In this document: positions 51,248 to 60,973 of the stretch, in pieces
How positions within the stretch are numbered: position 1 is the stretch's first letter
How the letters are laid out: the number at the start of each line of letters is the position of its first letter
Program-made: the position numbers and the translations under genes
From: Candidatus Planktophila sp.
Lineage (GTDB): Bacteria; Actinomycetota; Actinomycetes; Nanopelagicales; Nanopelagicaceae
DNA: 64,000 bases
NCBI GenBank assembly: GCA_038905815.1
Contig: JBCKHN010000002.1
Location: forward strand, 10,916 to 74,915
Direction of reading: 5' to 3'
The notes under the pieces: model-generated
Told to the model about the DNA's origin: nothing
The model's database searches: none
The model's input: only the letters and a program-made list of their open reading frames with translations

Positions 51248-52278
51248 TGATTAATATTAGAGATAAGGGAGCTCAAATTTGGGAAGGGTGGAATAGAACC
51301 ACGCGCTCGACCTTTGCCTTAATTGTTATAGGCATAGCTGCTCTGCTTCCTTTTGCCGCTGGATTTCCTCTTACCAGTTTTGTAAACACTCCGATAACTT
51401 CATATCAATCAATTCTTGTTTATCCAGTTGGAATGTTTATTCTGATGGGCCTAGGGCTCAATATGATTGTTGGTAAAAGTGGTTTATTAGATTTAGGTTA
51501 TGTTGCATTTTTTGCAATCGGGGCTTACACAATGGCCATCTTGAGTACAACAACTGGACTAAACACTTGGGAAATTATGCCAATTGGCATACTCTGCGCA
51601 ATGTTTTCTGGAGTTTTATTAGGGCTTCCTGTTTTACGCCTTCGCGGGGACTATCTAGCAATCGTAACTCTGGGTTTCGGTGAAATTGTTCGAATAATTG
51701 CACTTAATCTTAACATTACCGGAGGTCCAAATGGAATTACTGGAATTCCAAACCCGCCACCCATCGCTGGAATAACATTTGGCATAGCTGATCATGCACA
51801 TTTTTTCTGGATTGTGTTGGTTTTGGTTCTACTTACAATTTGGATGGTCCGTAGACTTACAGTTCGTCGTCCAGGACGCGCGTGGGAAGCCATTCGTCAA
51901 GATGAAGATGTTGCTGCTTTAATGGGAGTAAACCTTATTGTATATAAACTTTGGGCATTTACCATCGGCGCTGCTGTTGCCGGCGCAGCTGGAGTAATTT
52001 TTGCTTCAAAAATTATGGTTATTGCTCCAGACATGTTCACATTCAATGTCTCGGTCTTAATTCTTGCTTGTGTTGTCTTTGGTGGACTCGGAAATATTTG
52101 GGGAGTAATTCTAGGCGGTGCAATTCTGGCATATTTGCCAGAGCGAATCCGTTTTATCAGCGATGCAAGACATTTAATGTTTGGTCTTACATTAGTTGTA
52201 ATCATTAATCTTCGCCCTGACGGAATTTTACCTCGCAAAAAACGCGAAAAGATTTTAGAAAAAAAGGTAGATGCATGA
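51244..52278 (+). CDS. livM: HAAT ABC transporter permease LivM
   Basis: GLLDLGYVAFFAIGAY, LRLRGDYLAIVTLGFGEI and GRAWEAIR.DE motifs. Confidence 0.94.
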   Translation: MMINIRDKGAQIWEGWNRTTRSTFALIVIGIAALLPFAAGFPLTSFVNTPITSYQSILVYPVGMFILMGLGLNMIVGKSGLLDLGYVAFFAIGAYTMAILSTTTGLNTWEIMPIGILCAMFSGVLLGLPVLRLRGDYLAIVTLGFGEIVRIIALNLNITGGPNGITGIPNPPPIAGITFGIADHAHFFWIVLVLVLLTIWMVRRLTVRRPGRAWEAIRQDEDVAALMGVNLIVYKLWAFTIGAAVAGAAGVIFASKIMVIAPDMFTFNVSVLILACVVFGGLGNIWGVILGGAILAYLPERIRFISDARHLMFGLTLVVIINLRPDGILPRKKREKILEKKVDA

Positions 52279-53051
52279 GTGAAAAAGTTCTTGAACTAAA
52301 AAATCTTACAATGAAGTTCGGAGGAGTCATTGCCTTAAGTAATGTGGATTTTCATGTAAGTAAAGGTGAGATTTGCGCTCTCATTGGTCCTAACGGTGCA
52401 GGTAAAACGACGGTATTTAATGTCGTCACTGGTGTTTATGCTGCAACTGGAGGGGAGATTTTATTTAACGGAACAAGTTTATTGGGAAAAAAACGCCATC
52501 ATGTGACCAAAATGGGCATAGCAAGGACTTTTCAAAATGTTCGCTTATTCGGTGAGATGACTGCTCTTGAAAATGTGCTGACTGCATCTGATGTTCATAA
52601 GAAATCTGGCTTGGTTGGCGCTCTTTTTGGTTCACCTAGGGCACGACATGAAGAAAGTGAAAGTCGCAATCGTGCTTTAGAACTTTTGGAGTTTATGGGT
52701 ATTGAGCATTGCTCTGATCGGTTAGGCAAGAATCTTCCTTATGGTGATCAAAGACGTTTGGAGATCGCGCGTGCCTTGGGTGCAGAGCCACAATTACTTT
52801 TACTTGATGAACCAGCAGCTGGTTTTAATCCTGCTGAGAAAGTAGCACTTGCCGAAACTATAAGACAGATTCGCGATAAAGGTTATACGATTCTTCTCAT
52901 TGAGCATGATATGTCTTTGATCATGGACATCTCTGATCGCGTAGTAGTTTTAGATTTTGGAATTAAGATAGCGGATGATTTACCAAAAAATGTTCAGAAG
53001 GATTCGCGCGTAATTGAAGCCTATTTAGGAGTGCCTGCGGATGCGTCTTGA
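52275..53051 (+). CDS. livG: HAAT ABC transporter ATPase LivG
   Basis: GPNGAGKTT, GIARTFQN, LPYGDQRRLEIARAL, LLDEPAAG and VIEAYLG motifs. Confidence 0.95.
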   Translation: MSEKVLELKNLTMKFGGVIALSNVDFHVSKGEICALIGPNGAGKTTVFNVVTGVYAATGGEILFNGTSLLGKKRHHVTKMGIARTFQNVRLFGEMTALENVLTASDVHKKSGLVGALFGSPRARHEESESRNRALELLEFMGIEHCSDRLGKNLPYGDQRRLEIARALGAEPQLLLLDEPAAGFNPAEKVALAETIRQIRDKGYTILLIEHDMSLIMDISDRVVVLDFGIKIADDLPKNVQKDSRVIEAYLGVPADAS

Positions 53052-53760
53052 AATAAAAGATCTAAGGGTACATTACGGCAAGATTGAAGCGATTAAAGGC
53101 GTATCAGTTGTTGTGAATGAAGGTGAAATTGTCACATTAATAGGTGCAAATGGCGCCGGGAAAACAACATTGCTCAAGACCATTTCTGGTCTGAGAAATG
53201 TTTCAAAAGGAGAAATCCTTTTCGATGGTGAAGATATTTCAAAGATGCCTGCACATAAGCGCGTTGACCTTGGACTTTCTCAGGTACCAGAAGGAAGAGG
53301 AATTTTTCCTGGCATGACTGTTCTTGAGAATTTGGAGATGGGAAAGTTTAATCGTAAGAATCGAAAGTTAGAGATGCGTGAAGATCTTGATAAAGTTTAT
53401 CATTTCTTTCCAAGACTCTTAGAGCGCTCCTCCCAAGCCGGCGGCACATTATCCGGTGGAGAACAGCAAATGTTAGCGATAGGGCGAGCTCTTATGGCTC
53501 GGCCTAAAGTTTTACTTTTAGATGAGCCATCAATGGGCTTGGCGCCACAGATGATTGCAAATATTTTCAAAATAATTACCGAGATTAATCAAGCTGGAAC
53601 AACGATTCTTTTGGTTGAACAGAACGCCCAACAAGCTCTGCAAAGAGCCCACCGTGCATACATTCTTGAAACTGGGAAAGTTGTAAAAGAAGCGAATGCT
53701 TCCGATCTTCTAAATGATCCTGCAGTCCGCGAGGCTTACCTTGGCACTGGAGCGCGCTAA
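53041..53760 (+). CDS. livF: HAAT ABC transporter ATPase LivF
   Basis: GANGAGKTT, QVPEGR.IF, LSGGEQQMLAIGRALM, LDEPSMGLAP and VEQNA motifs. Confidence 0.96.
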   Translation: MRLEIKDLRVHYGKIEAIKGVSVVVNEGEIVTLIGANGAGKTTLLKTISGLRNVSKGEILFDGEDISKMPAHKRVDLGLSQVPEGRGIFPGMTVLENLEMGKFNRKNRKLEMREDLDKVYHFFPRLLERSSQAGGTLSGGEQQMLAIGRALMARPKVLLLDEPSMGLAPQMIANIFKIITEINQAGTTILLVEQNAQQALQRAHRAYILETGKVVKEANASDLLNDPAVREAYLGTGAR

Positions 53761-54170
53761 AGGCGTTCAGCAAGAATTAAGCAAGTAATTCGAGCGGTGC
53801 AGGTTCGCTCACCTGCTTCATTTGATATGACGACCTGGTAACTGCATAAAGTTTTACCGAGAGAGATTGCAGTTGCAACGGCAGTAACAAATCCAGAGGT
53901 GGCAGATTTATGGTGGGTTGCATTGATATCTACTCCGACAATTTTGCGATTAGCTCCAGCATGGAGTGCGGTGCCAATCGAACCAAGTGACTCTGCCAGC
54001 ACAACGCTTGCCCCGCCATGTAGTAAACCCATTGGTTGGGTATTTCCTTCGACCGGCATTGTCGCTACTAAACGAGTAGGGGATGCTTCAGTAATAACAA
54101 TCCCCATTTTCTTACCGAGTGGCCCACTACCGCGTTCATCAACGATCTTAAGGAAATCGCTCTGCTCCAT
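53757..54170 (-). CDS. PaaI/hotdog-fold thioesterase (MenI-like)
   Basis: MPVEGNTQPMGLLHGGASVVLAE.LGS and VG.DINATH motifs; divergent from polA, as is usual in Actinobacteria. Confidence 0.9.
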   Translation of the reverse strand: MEQSDFLKIVDERGSGPLGKKMGIVITEASPTRLVATMPVEGNTQPMGLLHGGASVVLAESLGSIGTALHAGANRKIVGVDINATHHKSATSGFVTAVATAISLGKTLCSYQVVISNEAGERTCTARITCLILAERL

Positions 54171-54206
54171 AGAGGTAGAGTATAACTTGCAAACTAGGAT
54201 GCAACC

Positions 54207-56789
54207 ATGAGCAAACGCCTATTACTTATCGATGGGCACTCAATGGCATATCGAGCATTTTTTGCCCTACCTAGCGAAAACTTCACCACCGCTCGCGGAG
54301 AGCAGACCAATGCAATTTACGGTTTTGCTACCATGCTTCTCTCGCTTCTTTCGAACGAGAAACCCACGCATGTGGCAGTTGCATTTGATGTTTCCCGAAA
54401 AACTTTTAGATCAGAAATTTTTCCTGAATATAAGGCCAATCGAGCAAAGACTCCTGATGAGTTTAGATCTCAAATGTCATATCTTCATGACTTAGTGACC
54501 GCTTTCGGAATTACATATTTCGAAGTTGAAGGCTATGAAGCTGATGACATTTTGGCCACGATTGCCAAAGTTGGAGAGAACGAAGGCGCGCAAGTTCTTA
54601 TCTGCACAGGAGATCGCGATAGTTTCCAGCTAGTTAATTCCAGCATAACGGTGTTATATCCAAAACGTGGCGTCAGCGATTTAGCCCGAGTTACACCCGA
54701 GGCAGTATTTGAAAAATATGGAATGTCGCCGACGCAGTACCCAGATTTTGCGGCGCTCCGTGGAGATCCCAGTGATAACTTACCTTCAGTTCCGGGAGTT
54801 GGTGAAAAAACTGCCGCTAAATTGATTATTGAATATGGATCCCTTAAAGAGTTAATTGCAAATGTAGATAAAATCGGTGGCAAAGTTGGCCAGTCACTTC
54901 GCGGCTCTATAAATGAAGTAATCCGCAACCGCGAACTTACCCAACTTCTCAGCGATGTCCCGCTTGATCTGGATTTTAATAAACTTCTTTGGAGCGGGGC
55001 AGATGAGAGCAAAACTGACCCACTCTTTGATTTGCTTGAATTTAAGTCGTTGAAAGATCGCCTCAAACCAATCCTAGTAAAGAGTTCTATGACTATCGAA
55101 GAACCACTGCAACTTTTTGCAACTCCTATAGTGGCAAGCGTGCTCACACCCGAGGAAGCGAGTGCGAGAATTTCTAACCATCAAGGTGAAATCGCACTTG
55201 CTTTTCAGATAGTTAACGAGAAATTACAGCGCTATGCCATTGCTTTAAACTCGAGTGAAGTTTTCCTGGTACATGGGTCGGTAATGGGAGAGTGGGCCAG
55301 AGATCCAAGTGTTGCAAAAATTGCCCATGATGCAAAAACACTTATGCGAATCTCGCAGTTCTCTGGCGTGGAATTTGATACTTCCATTGCCGCATATCTT
55401 GTTAACCCTGGAGTCCGTGCGCAGGATTTAAAAGATTTACTAGAGCGCTGGGGCGATGGCTCTCAAATTGATTTTAGTAATTTTGAACAAGAACTTCTAA
55501 CTTCGGCCACCGCCTTATTTGGCCTGCGTGAATCCCTCACAAATGAATTAAGGCAACGCAGTCTTTGGGAACTCTTTGTAGATATGGAACTGCCAGTTGC
55601 AGCCCTTTTGGCAGAGATGGAAAAAGTCGGAATAGCGGTAGATAAGCGAGAACTTGAAGACCTCGCACAATACTTTGCCCTAGAAGTTATGCGCGAGACA
55701 GAATCGGCCCATGAGATCGTTGGACATGAATTTAATGTGGCTTCGCCTAAGCAATTACAAGTCGTTCTCTTCGATGAATTAAAACTGCCGAAGAGTAAGA
55801 AAATAAAGACCGGTTTTACAACTGATGCCGAAGCTTTGGAGTGGTTGCTCGAAAAAACCGGTCACCCAGTTTTAGCATCGCTGCTTCGGATTCGTGAAAC
55901 CAAAAAATTGGGGACAACCGTTGAGGGTCTAATCACCGAGATTGCCTCCGATGGGCGCATTCATACCCATTTTCAACAGACGGTAGCAGCAACTGGGCGA
56001 CTTTCATCGACTGGACCAAATTTGCAGAACATTCCAGTGCGCAGCGAAGAAGGGCGAAGGATTAGAAATTGTTTTATTGCCGGAAGTGGCTATGTAACGC
56101 TGCTAACTGCTGATTACAGCCAGATTGAAATGCGAATAATGGCGCATCTATCTAACGATGCGCATTTGTTAGCAGCCTTTGAATCCGGTGAAGACTTACA
56201 CGCGAAAATTGCATCCGAAATATTTGGGATCAAGGCATCCGATGTGGATCCAGAAATGCGCCGCCAAATAAAAGCGATGTCCTATGGCCTTGCATATGGT
56301 CTATCGTCTTATGGTCTATCTGCTCAGTTAGATATTTCTCCGCCTGCTGCCCAAGATTTAATGGACCGATATTTTCAACGCTTTGGTGGAATTCGCGATT
56401 ATTTAAAGACCGTCGTAGAGGCTGCACGCAAGGTTGGATACACCGAAACTATTATGGGGCGCCGTCGATATCTTCCAGATTTGATGCATGATAATCGTCA
56501 ACGGAGAGAAATCGCTGAACGCATGGCCCTTAACGCACCTATTCAAGGATCTGCTGCGGACATAATTAAATTAGCCATGCTTAAAGTTCAAAGTGCAATT
56601 ACGAGTGAGGCTCTGCAATCGCGCTTACTATTACAAGTACATGACGAGCTAATCTTAGAAGTTGTTAGTGGAGAAGAAGAGGTCTTAACTAATCTGGTAA
56701 AGCGAGAGATGGGGGGTGCCTATCCATTGCGCACACCCCTTGATGTAAGCGCGGGGCTTGGTTTAACATGGTATGAAGCTGCACATTAG
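54207..56789 (+). CDS. polA: DNA polymerase I
   Basis: 5' nuclease domain (LIDGHS..YRAF, YKANR, EADD, GD.SDN.P.V.GVG.KTA) and polymerase motifs (TGRLSS..PNLQNIP, ADYSQIE.R, QVHDEL); short, degenerate 3'-5' exonuclease region. Confidence 0.98.
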   Translation: MSKRLLLIDGHSMAYRAFFALPSENFTTARGEQTNAIYGFATMLLSLLSNEKPTHVAVAFDVSRKTFRSEIFPEYKANRAKTPDEFRSQMSYLHDLVTAFGITYFEVEGYEADDILATIAKVGENEGAQVLICTGDRDSFQLVNSSITVLYPKRGVSDLARVTPEAVFEKYGMSPTQYPDFAALRGDPSDNLPSVPGVGEKTAAKLIIEYGSLKELIANVDKIGGKVGQSLRGSINEVIRNRELTQLLSDVPLDLDFNKLLWSGADESKTDPLFDLLEFKSLKDRLKPILVKSSMTIEEPLQLFATPIVASVLTPEEASARISNHQGEIALAFQIVNEKLQRYAIALNSSEVFLVHGSVMGEWARDPSVAKIAHDAKTLMRISQFSGVEFDTSIAAYLVNPGVRAQDLKDLLERWGDGSQIDFSNFEQELLTSATALFGLRESLTNELRQRSLWELFVDMELPVAALLAEMEKVGIAVDKRELEDLAQYFALEVMRETESAHEIVGHEFNVASPKQLQVVLFDELKLPKSKKIKTGFTTDAEALEWLLEKTGHPVLASLLRIRETKKLGTTVEGLITEIASDGRIHTHFQQTVAATGRLSSTGPNLQNIPVRSEEGRRIRNCFIAGSGYVTLLTADYSQIEMRIMAHLSNDAHLLAAFESGEDLHAKIASEIFGIKASDVDPEMRRQIKAMSYGLAYGLSSYGLSAQLDISPPAAQDLMDRYFQRFGGIRDYLKTVVEAARKVGYTETIMGRRRYLPDLMHDNRQRREIAERMALNAPIQGSAADIIKLAMLKVQSAITSEALQSRLLLQVHDELILEVVSGEEEVLTNLVKREMGGAYPLRTPLDVSAGLGLTWYEAAH

Positions 56790-56797
56790 TTGTGGAT

Positions 56798-56826
56798 TTG
56801 TCATAGCCACTGATGAACCGTACGCT
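56798..56826 (+). promoter_or_regulatory. Housekeeping sigma promoter of rpsA
   Basis: TTGTCA (56798-803), 17-nt spacer, TACGCT (56821-26); the leader contains a CTGC-GAAA-GCAG GNRA hairpin. Confidence 0.6.
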
Positions 56827-56879
56827 TGCCCTTCAGCTGCGAAAGCAGGCCCAACTACTAATTATCCCTACGGAGCACC

Positions 56880-58241
56880 TTGACACCCTCACCAGTAATT
56901 GCAATTAACGATATTGGATCAGCCGCCGATTTTATGGCAGCAATTGAAGGAACAATCAGAAATTTTAATGACGGAGATCTCGTCGAAGGAATCGTTGTAC
57001 AAGTAGATCGCGACGAAGTACTGCTAGATATTGGATATAAAACAGAAGGTGTTATCCCAGCACGCGAGCTATCCATTCGCCACGATGCTGACCCTCATGA
57101 CATTGTAAAAGTTGGTGAGAAAATTGAAGCTTTGGTGCTTCAAAAAGAAGATAAAGAAGGGCGTCTCATCCTTTCTAAGAAACGCGCGCAATACGAGCGG
57201 GCTTGGGGAGATATTGAAGGCAAGAAAGAACGCGATGAAGTTGTCATCGGAACTGTCATCGAAGTTGTAAAAGGTGGCCTCATCGTTGACATCGGATTGC
57301 GCGGCTTCTTGCCAGCCTCACTCGTTGAAATGCGTCGAGTCCGCGATTTAACGCCATATATTGGCAAGCAAATTGAAGCTCGCATTATCGAACTCGATAA
57401 GAATCGCAATAACGTGGTTCTCTCACGCCGCGCTTTCCTTGAGCAGACTCAATCAGAATCACGCACGACCTTCCTTAATCAATTACAGAAAGGCCAAGTT
57501 CGCTCCGGTGTTATTTCATCGATCGTAAACTTTGGTGCTTTCGTTGATCTCGGTGGAGTAGATGGCTTGGTTCACGTTTCTGAACTCTCATGGAAGCATA
57601 TTGACCATCCAGGTGAAGTTGTAGAAGTTGGCGATGAAGTAACCGTTGAAGTTCTCGAAGTTGATTTTGAGCGCGAGCGTGTTTCGCTTTCCCTTAAAGC
57701 AACGCAAGAAGATCCATGGCAAGCATTTGCTCGTACTCACACAATTAATCAAGTTGTTCCAGGTGTAGTAACAAAGCTCGTTCCTTTCGGCGCGTTTATT
57801 CGGGTACATGAAGGCATCGAAGGCTTGGTCCACATTTCAGAGTTGGCAGAACGCCACGTTGAAATTCCTGAGCAAGTTGTTCAAGTTGATGATGAACTAT
57901 TTGTAAAAATTATTGATATCGATCTTGAACGTCGCCGAATTTCACTATCGTTAAAGCAAGCCAATGAAGGCCATGAAGTTGAAATCGAAGCTTTCGATCC
58001 AACGCAATATGGAATGGCAGCTCGCTACGATGCGCAAGGCCACTTCATTTATCCTGAAGGTTTCGATGTTGAATCACAAGAGTGGAAGCCAGGATTTGAA
58101 ACCCAGCGCGAAGAGTGGGAGCGTCAGTACGCTCAAGCACAAGAGCGCTTCTTGGCACATAAGAAGCAGAAAGCAGAAGCAAAGGCTGCTGATGCCGCCG
58201 CCGAACCAACTGATGCGCCAGTAGAGGTTGTTGCTGAGTAA
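56880..58241 (+). CDS. rpsA: 30S ribosomal protein S1
   Basis: Four S1 domains (DIGYKTEGVIP, GLRGFLPAS, FGAFVDLGGVDGLVHVSELSW, EGLVHISEL); TTG start. Confidence 0.98.
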   Translation: MTPSPVIAINDIGSAADFMAAIEGTIRNFNDGDLVEGIVVQVDRDEVLLDIGYKTEGVIPARELSIRHDADPHDIVKVGEKIEALVLQKEDKEGRLILSKKRAQYERAWGDIEGKKERDEVVIGTVIEVVKGGLIVDIGLRGFLPASLVEMRRVRDLTPYIGKQIEARIIELDKNRNNVVLSRRAFLEQTQSESRTTFLNQLQKGQVRSGVISSIVNFGAFVDLGGVDGLVHVSELSWKHIDHPGEVVEVGDEVTVEVLEVDFERERVSLSLKATQEDPWQAFARTHTINQVVPGVVTKLVPFGAFIRVHEGIEGLVHISELAERHVEIPEQVVQVDDELFVKIIDIDLERRRISLSLKQANEGHEVEIEAFDPTQYGMAARYDAQGHFIYPEGFDVESQEWKPGFETQREEWERQYAQAQERFLAHKKQKAEAKAADAAAEPTDAPVEVVAE

Positions 58242-58283
58242 TACTTTCTATTGACTTCACGATTGTTCGCGTAACATCAGACC

Positions 58284-58880
58284 ATGCTCATAGTCGCACT
58301 CACCGGTGGCATTGGTTCGGGAAAGTCGCTGGCAGGTGGGTTTTTCGCTCGCCTTGGCGCCTCTGTCATCGATGCTGACCAGTTAGCCCGCACAGCAATT
58401 GAACGTGGAAGTGAAGGTTTCAATGCGGTGGTTGCAACTTTTGGAGACTCAATTCTTAAAAACGGTGATATAGATCGTGCTGCGCTAGGGGAGTTAATTT
58501 TCAAAAATGCAACACTGAAAGCAAAGTTAGAAGCAATTGTTCATCCAATAGTGCGTAGAGAGTTTGAGAAAGCCGCCTCATCATTAAAGAAGGATGAGAT
58601 ATTGATTTATGAAATCCCACTTCTATTTGAAACCAAAGCTCGAAACAGATTTGATTATGTAATTACTGTGGAAAGCGAAATGGAGTTACGTATCGCCAGA
58701 TTGCGATCAAGAGGTCTACCTAGCTCCGAAATCCAAACCCGCATTGCTGCTCAAGCATCGCGAGAAGAACGTGAATCAATCGCCGACACAGTTCTCATCA
58801 ATGAAGGCAGCGAAGACGATCTCTTACGCTCCGTTGAAAACATATTTGAGAGCGTCTTGCTTCCCGCCTCTCGCAAGTAG
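58284..58880 (+). CDS. coaE: Dephospho-CoA kinase
   Basis: LTGGIGSGKS, IDAD, DR..LG..IF, HP.V and IPLLFE motifs. Confidence 0.96.
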   Translation: MLIVALTGGIGSGKSLAGGFFARLGASVIDADQLARTAIERGSEGFNAVVATFGDSILKNGDIDRAALGELIFKNATLKAKLEAIVHPIVRREFEKAASSLKKDEILIYEIPLLFETKARNRFDYVITVESEMELRIARLRSRGLPSSEIQTRIAAQASREERESIADTVLINEGSEDDLLRSVENIFESVLLPASRK

Positions 58881-58889
58881 GCTTAGAAA

Positions 58890-60971
58890 ATGCGACCGGT
58901 AAACCATTTACAGCGACGAGGCGCGCCATTTCGAGTAATTAACGATTACATTCCAGCTGGAGACCAGCCCGAAGCGATTGAGGAAATCGTCCGGAGAATT
59001 GATTCTGGTGAAGAAGATATTGTCCTGCTCGGAGCCACTGGAACTGGAAAGTCTGCTACGACTGCTTGGCTTATCGAACGTTTACAACGACCAACACTAG
59101 TTATTGCACCTAACAAAACTCTTGCGGCGCAATTGGTCAATGAGTTCCGTGAATTAATGCCAAATAACGCCGTTGAATATTTCGTTTCTTATTATGACTA
59201 TTATCAACCAGAAGCATATCTTCCGCAGACTGATACTTTTATTGAGAAAGATTCCAGCGTGAATGATGAGGTGGAAAGACTTCGACATTCCGCAACTAAC
59301 TCGCTCTTAACCCGCAGGGATGTCATCGTAGTTGCGACAGTTTCTTGTATTTATGGTTTAGGTACACCACAGGAATATGTGGATCGAATGGTTCAACTCA
59401 AGGTAGGCGATGAGGTAGAGCGAAATACTCTATTGCGTCGCTTTGTAGATATTCAGTACAAACGGAATGACATGGCTTTCGAGCGCGGAACTTTCCGCGT
59501 GCGTGGCGACACGATCGAGATTATTCCGATGTATGAAGAACTTGCGCTGCGCATCGAAATGTTTGGCGATGTAATCGAACGGATGAGCACGCTTCATCCC
59601 CTCACTGGAGAAATTATTCGCACCGAAACGCAAATGTATGTCTTTCCTGCAACCCATTATGCAGCGGGTCCAGCGACCATTAAGCGGGCTATCCAAGAGA
59701 TTGAACAGGAGCTAGCTATTCAACTAGAACTTTTCGAGAAACAAGGCAAACTCCTAGAAGCACAGCGGCTACGGATGCGTACCACTTTTGATATTGAAAT
59801 GATGGAACAGCTTGGCTTCTGCAGTGGAATTGAGAACTACTCACGGCATTTAGATGGACGCGCAGCTGGCTCGGCACCTAATTGTTTATTGGACTATTTC
59901 CCAGAGGATTTTCTTCTGGTCATAGATGAAAGCCATGTAACTGTTCCGCAAATTGGGGCCATGTATGAAGGCGATGCCTCGCGGAAGCGCACCCTGGTCG
60001 AACATGGTTTCCGGTTACCGAGCGCAATGGACAACCGCCCGCTTCGGTGGCCAGAGTTTCTGGAAAGAGTTGGAGCGAAAGTTTTCCTCTCAGCCACCCC
60101 TGGAAAGTATGAACTCAAAAAAGTAAATCACGACGTGGTCGAGCAAGTCATTAGGCCGACCGGACTTGTCGATCCGCAAATTGTTGTCAAACCAATTAAG
60201 GGACAAATTGATGACTTGCTTCACGAAATCAATATTCGCGCAGATCGAAATGAACGCGTGCTTGTCACGACTCTCACAAAAAAGATGTCGGAGGATTTAA
60301 CCGATTACTTGCAAGAGAAAGGCGTGCGGGTTCGATATTTACACTCCGAAGTAGATACCCTACGACGCGTCGAACTCCTTAGAGAATTGCGTACTGGTGA
60401 ATACGATGTACTTATCGGAATCAATTTACTCCGTGAAGGTTTAGATTTACCTGAAGTATCTTTAGTTGCAATTCTAGACGCCGACAAAGAAGGCTTTTTG
60501 CGTTCGGCAACTTCACTCATTCAAACTATCGGTCGTGCTGCTCGAAATGTTTCAGGTGAAGTTCATATGTACGCCGACCACATCACGAAATCCATGGAGA
60601 AAGCGATCGATGAAACCAATCGTCGTCGCGCTAAACAAGTGGCTTACAACCTGGAACGCGGGGTAGATCCGCAACCCTTACGTAAGAAGATTGCCGACAT
60701 AACTGACTCAATTAATAGAGAATGCGAAGATACCAAGGCTTTCCTAGCAACTAGAAAGAAGCCGAGCCAAAATGAGCGACCAGCTATTGGGCTTTATGCC
60801 AAAACTCTTCACTCTTTGCCGCGCCAAGATCTCTTCGCGTTGATAGGCTCGCTCACTGATCAGATGAGAAGTGCCGCAACGGATTTACAGTTTGAATTGG
60901 CTGCACGATTTAGAGATGAAATCAAGGAATTAAAGCGTGAACTACGCGCGATGGAAGAGGCGGGAATTTAG
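58890..60971 (+). CDS. uvrB: Excinuclease ABC subunit B
   Basis: [26 protein letters not shown] and [10 protein letters not shown] motifs; C-terminal UVR domain. Confidence 0.98.
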   Translation: MRPVNHLQRRGAPFRVINDYIPAGDQPEAIEEIVRRIDSGEEDIVLLGATGTGKSATTAWLIERLQRPTLVIAPNKTLAAQLVNEFRELMPNNAVEYFVSYYDYYQPEAYLPQTDTFIEKDSSVNDEVERLRHSATNSLLTRRDVIVVATVSCIYGLGTPQEYVDRMVQLKVGDEVERNTLLRRFVDIQYKRNDMAFERGTFRVRGDTIEIIPMYEELALRIEMFGDVIERMSTLHPLTGEIIRTETQMYVFPATHYAAGPATIKRAIQEIEQELAIQLELFEKQGKLLEAQRLRMRTTFDIEMMEQLGFCSGIENYSRHLDGRAAGSAPNCLLDYFPEDFLLVIDESHVTVPQIGAMYEGDASRKRTLVEHGFRLPSAMDNRPLRWPEFLERVGAKVFLSATPGKYELKKVNHDVVEQVIRPTGLVDPQIVVKPIKGQIDDLLHEINIRADRNERVLVTTLTKKMSEDLTDYLQEKGVRVRYLHSEVDTLRRVELLRELRTGEYDVLIGINLLREGLDLPEVSLVAILDADKEGFLRSATSLIQTIGRAARNVSGEVHMYADHITKSMEKAIDETNRRRAKQVAYNLERGVDPQPLRKKIADITDSINRECEDTKAFLATRKKPSQNERPAIGLYAKTLHSLPRQDLFALIGSLTDQMRSAATDLQFELAARFRDEIKELKRELRAMEEAGI

Positions 60972-60973
60972 TT

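Noticed and set aside
58251-58277. LexA SOS box upstream of coaE-uvrB
   Set aside because: Only the GTTCG half-site is present; the left half (TTCAC) does not match CGAAC.
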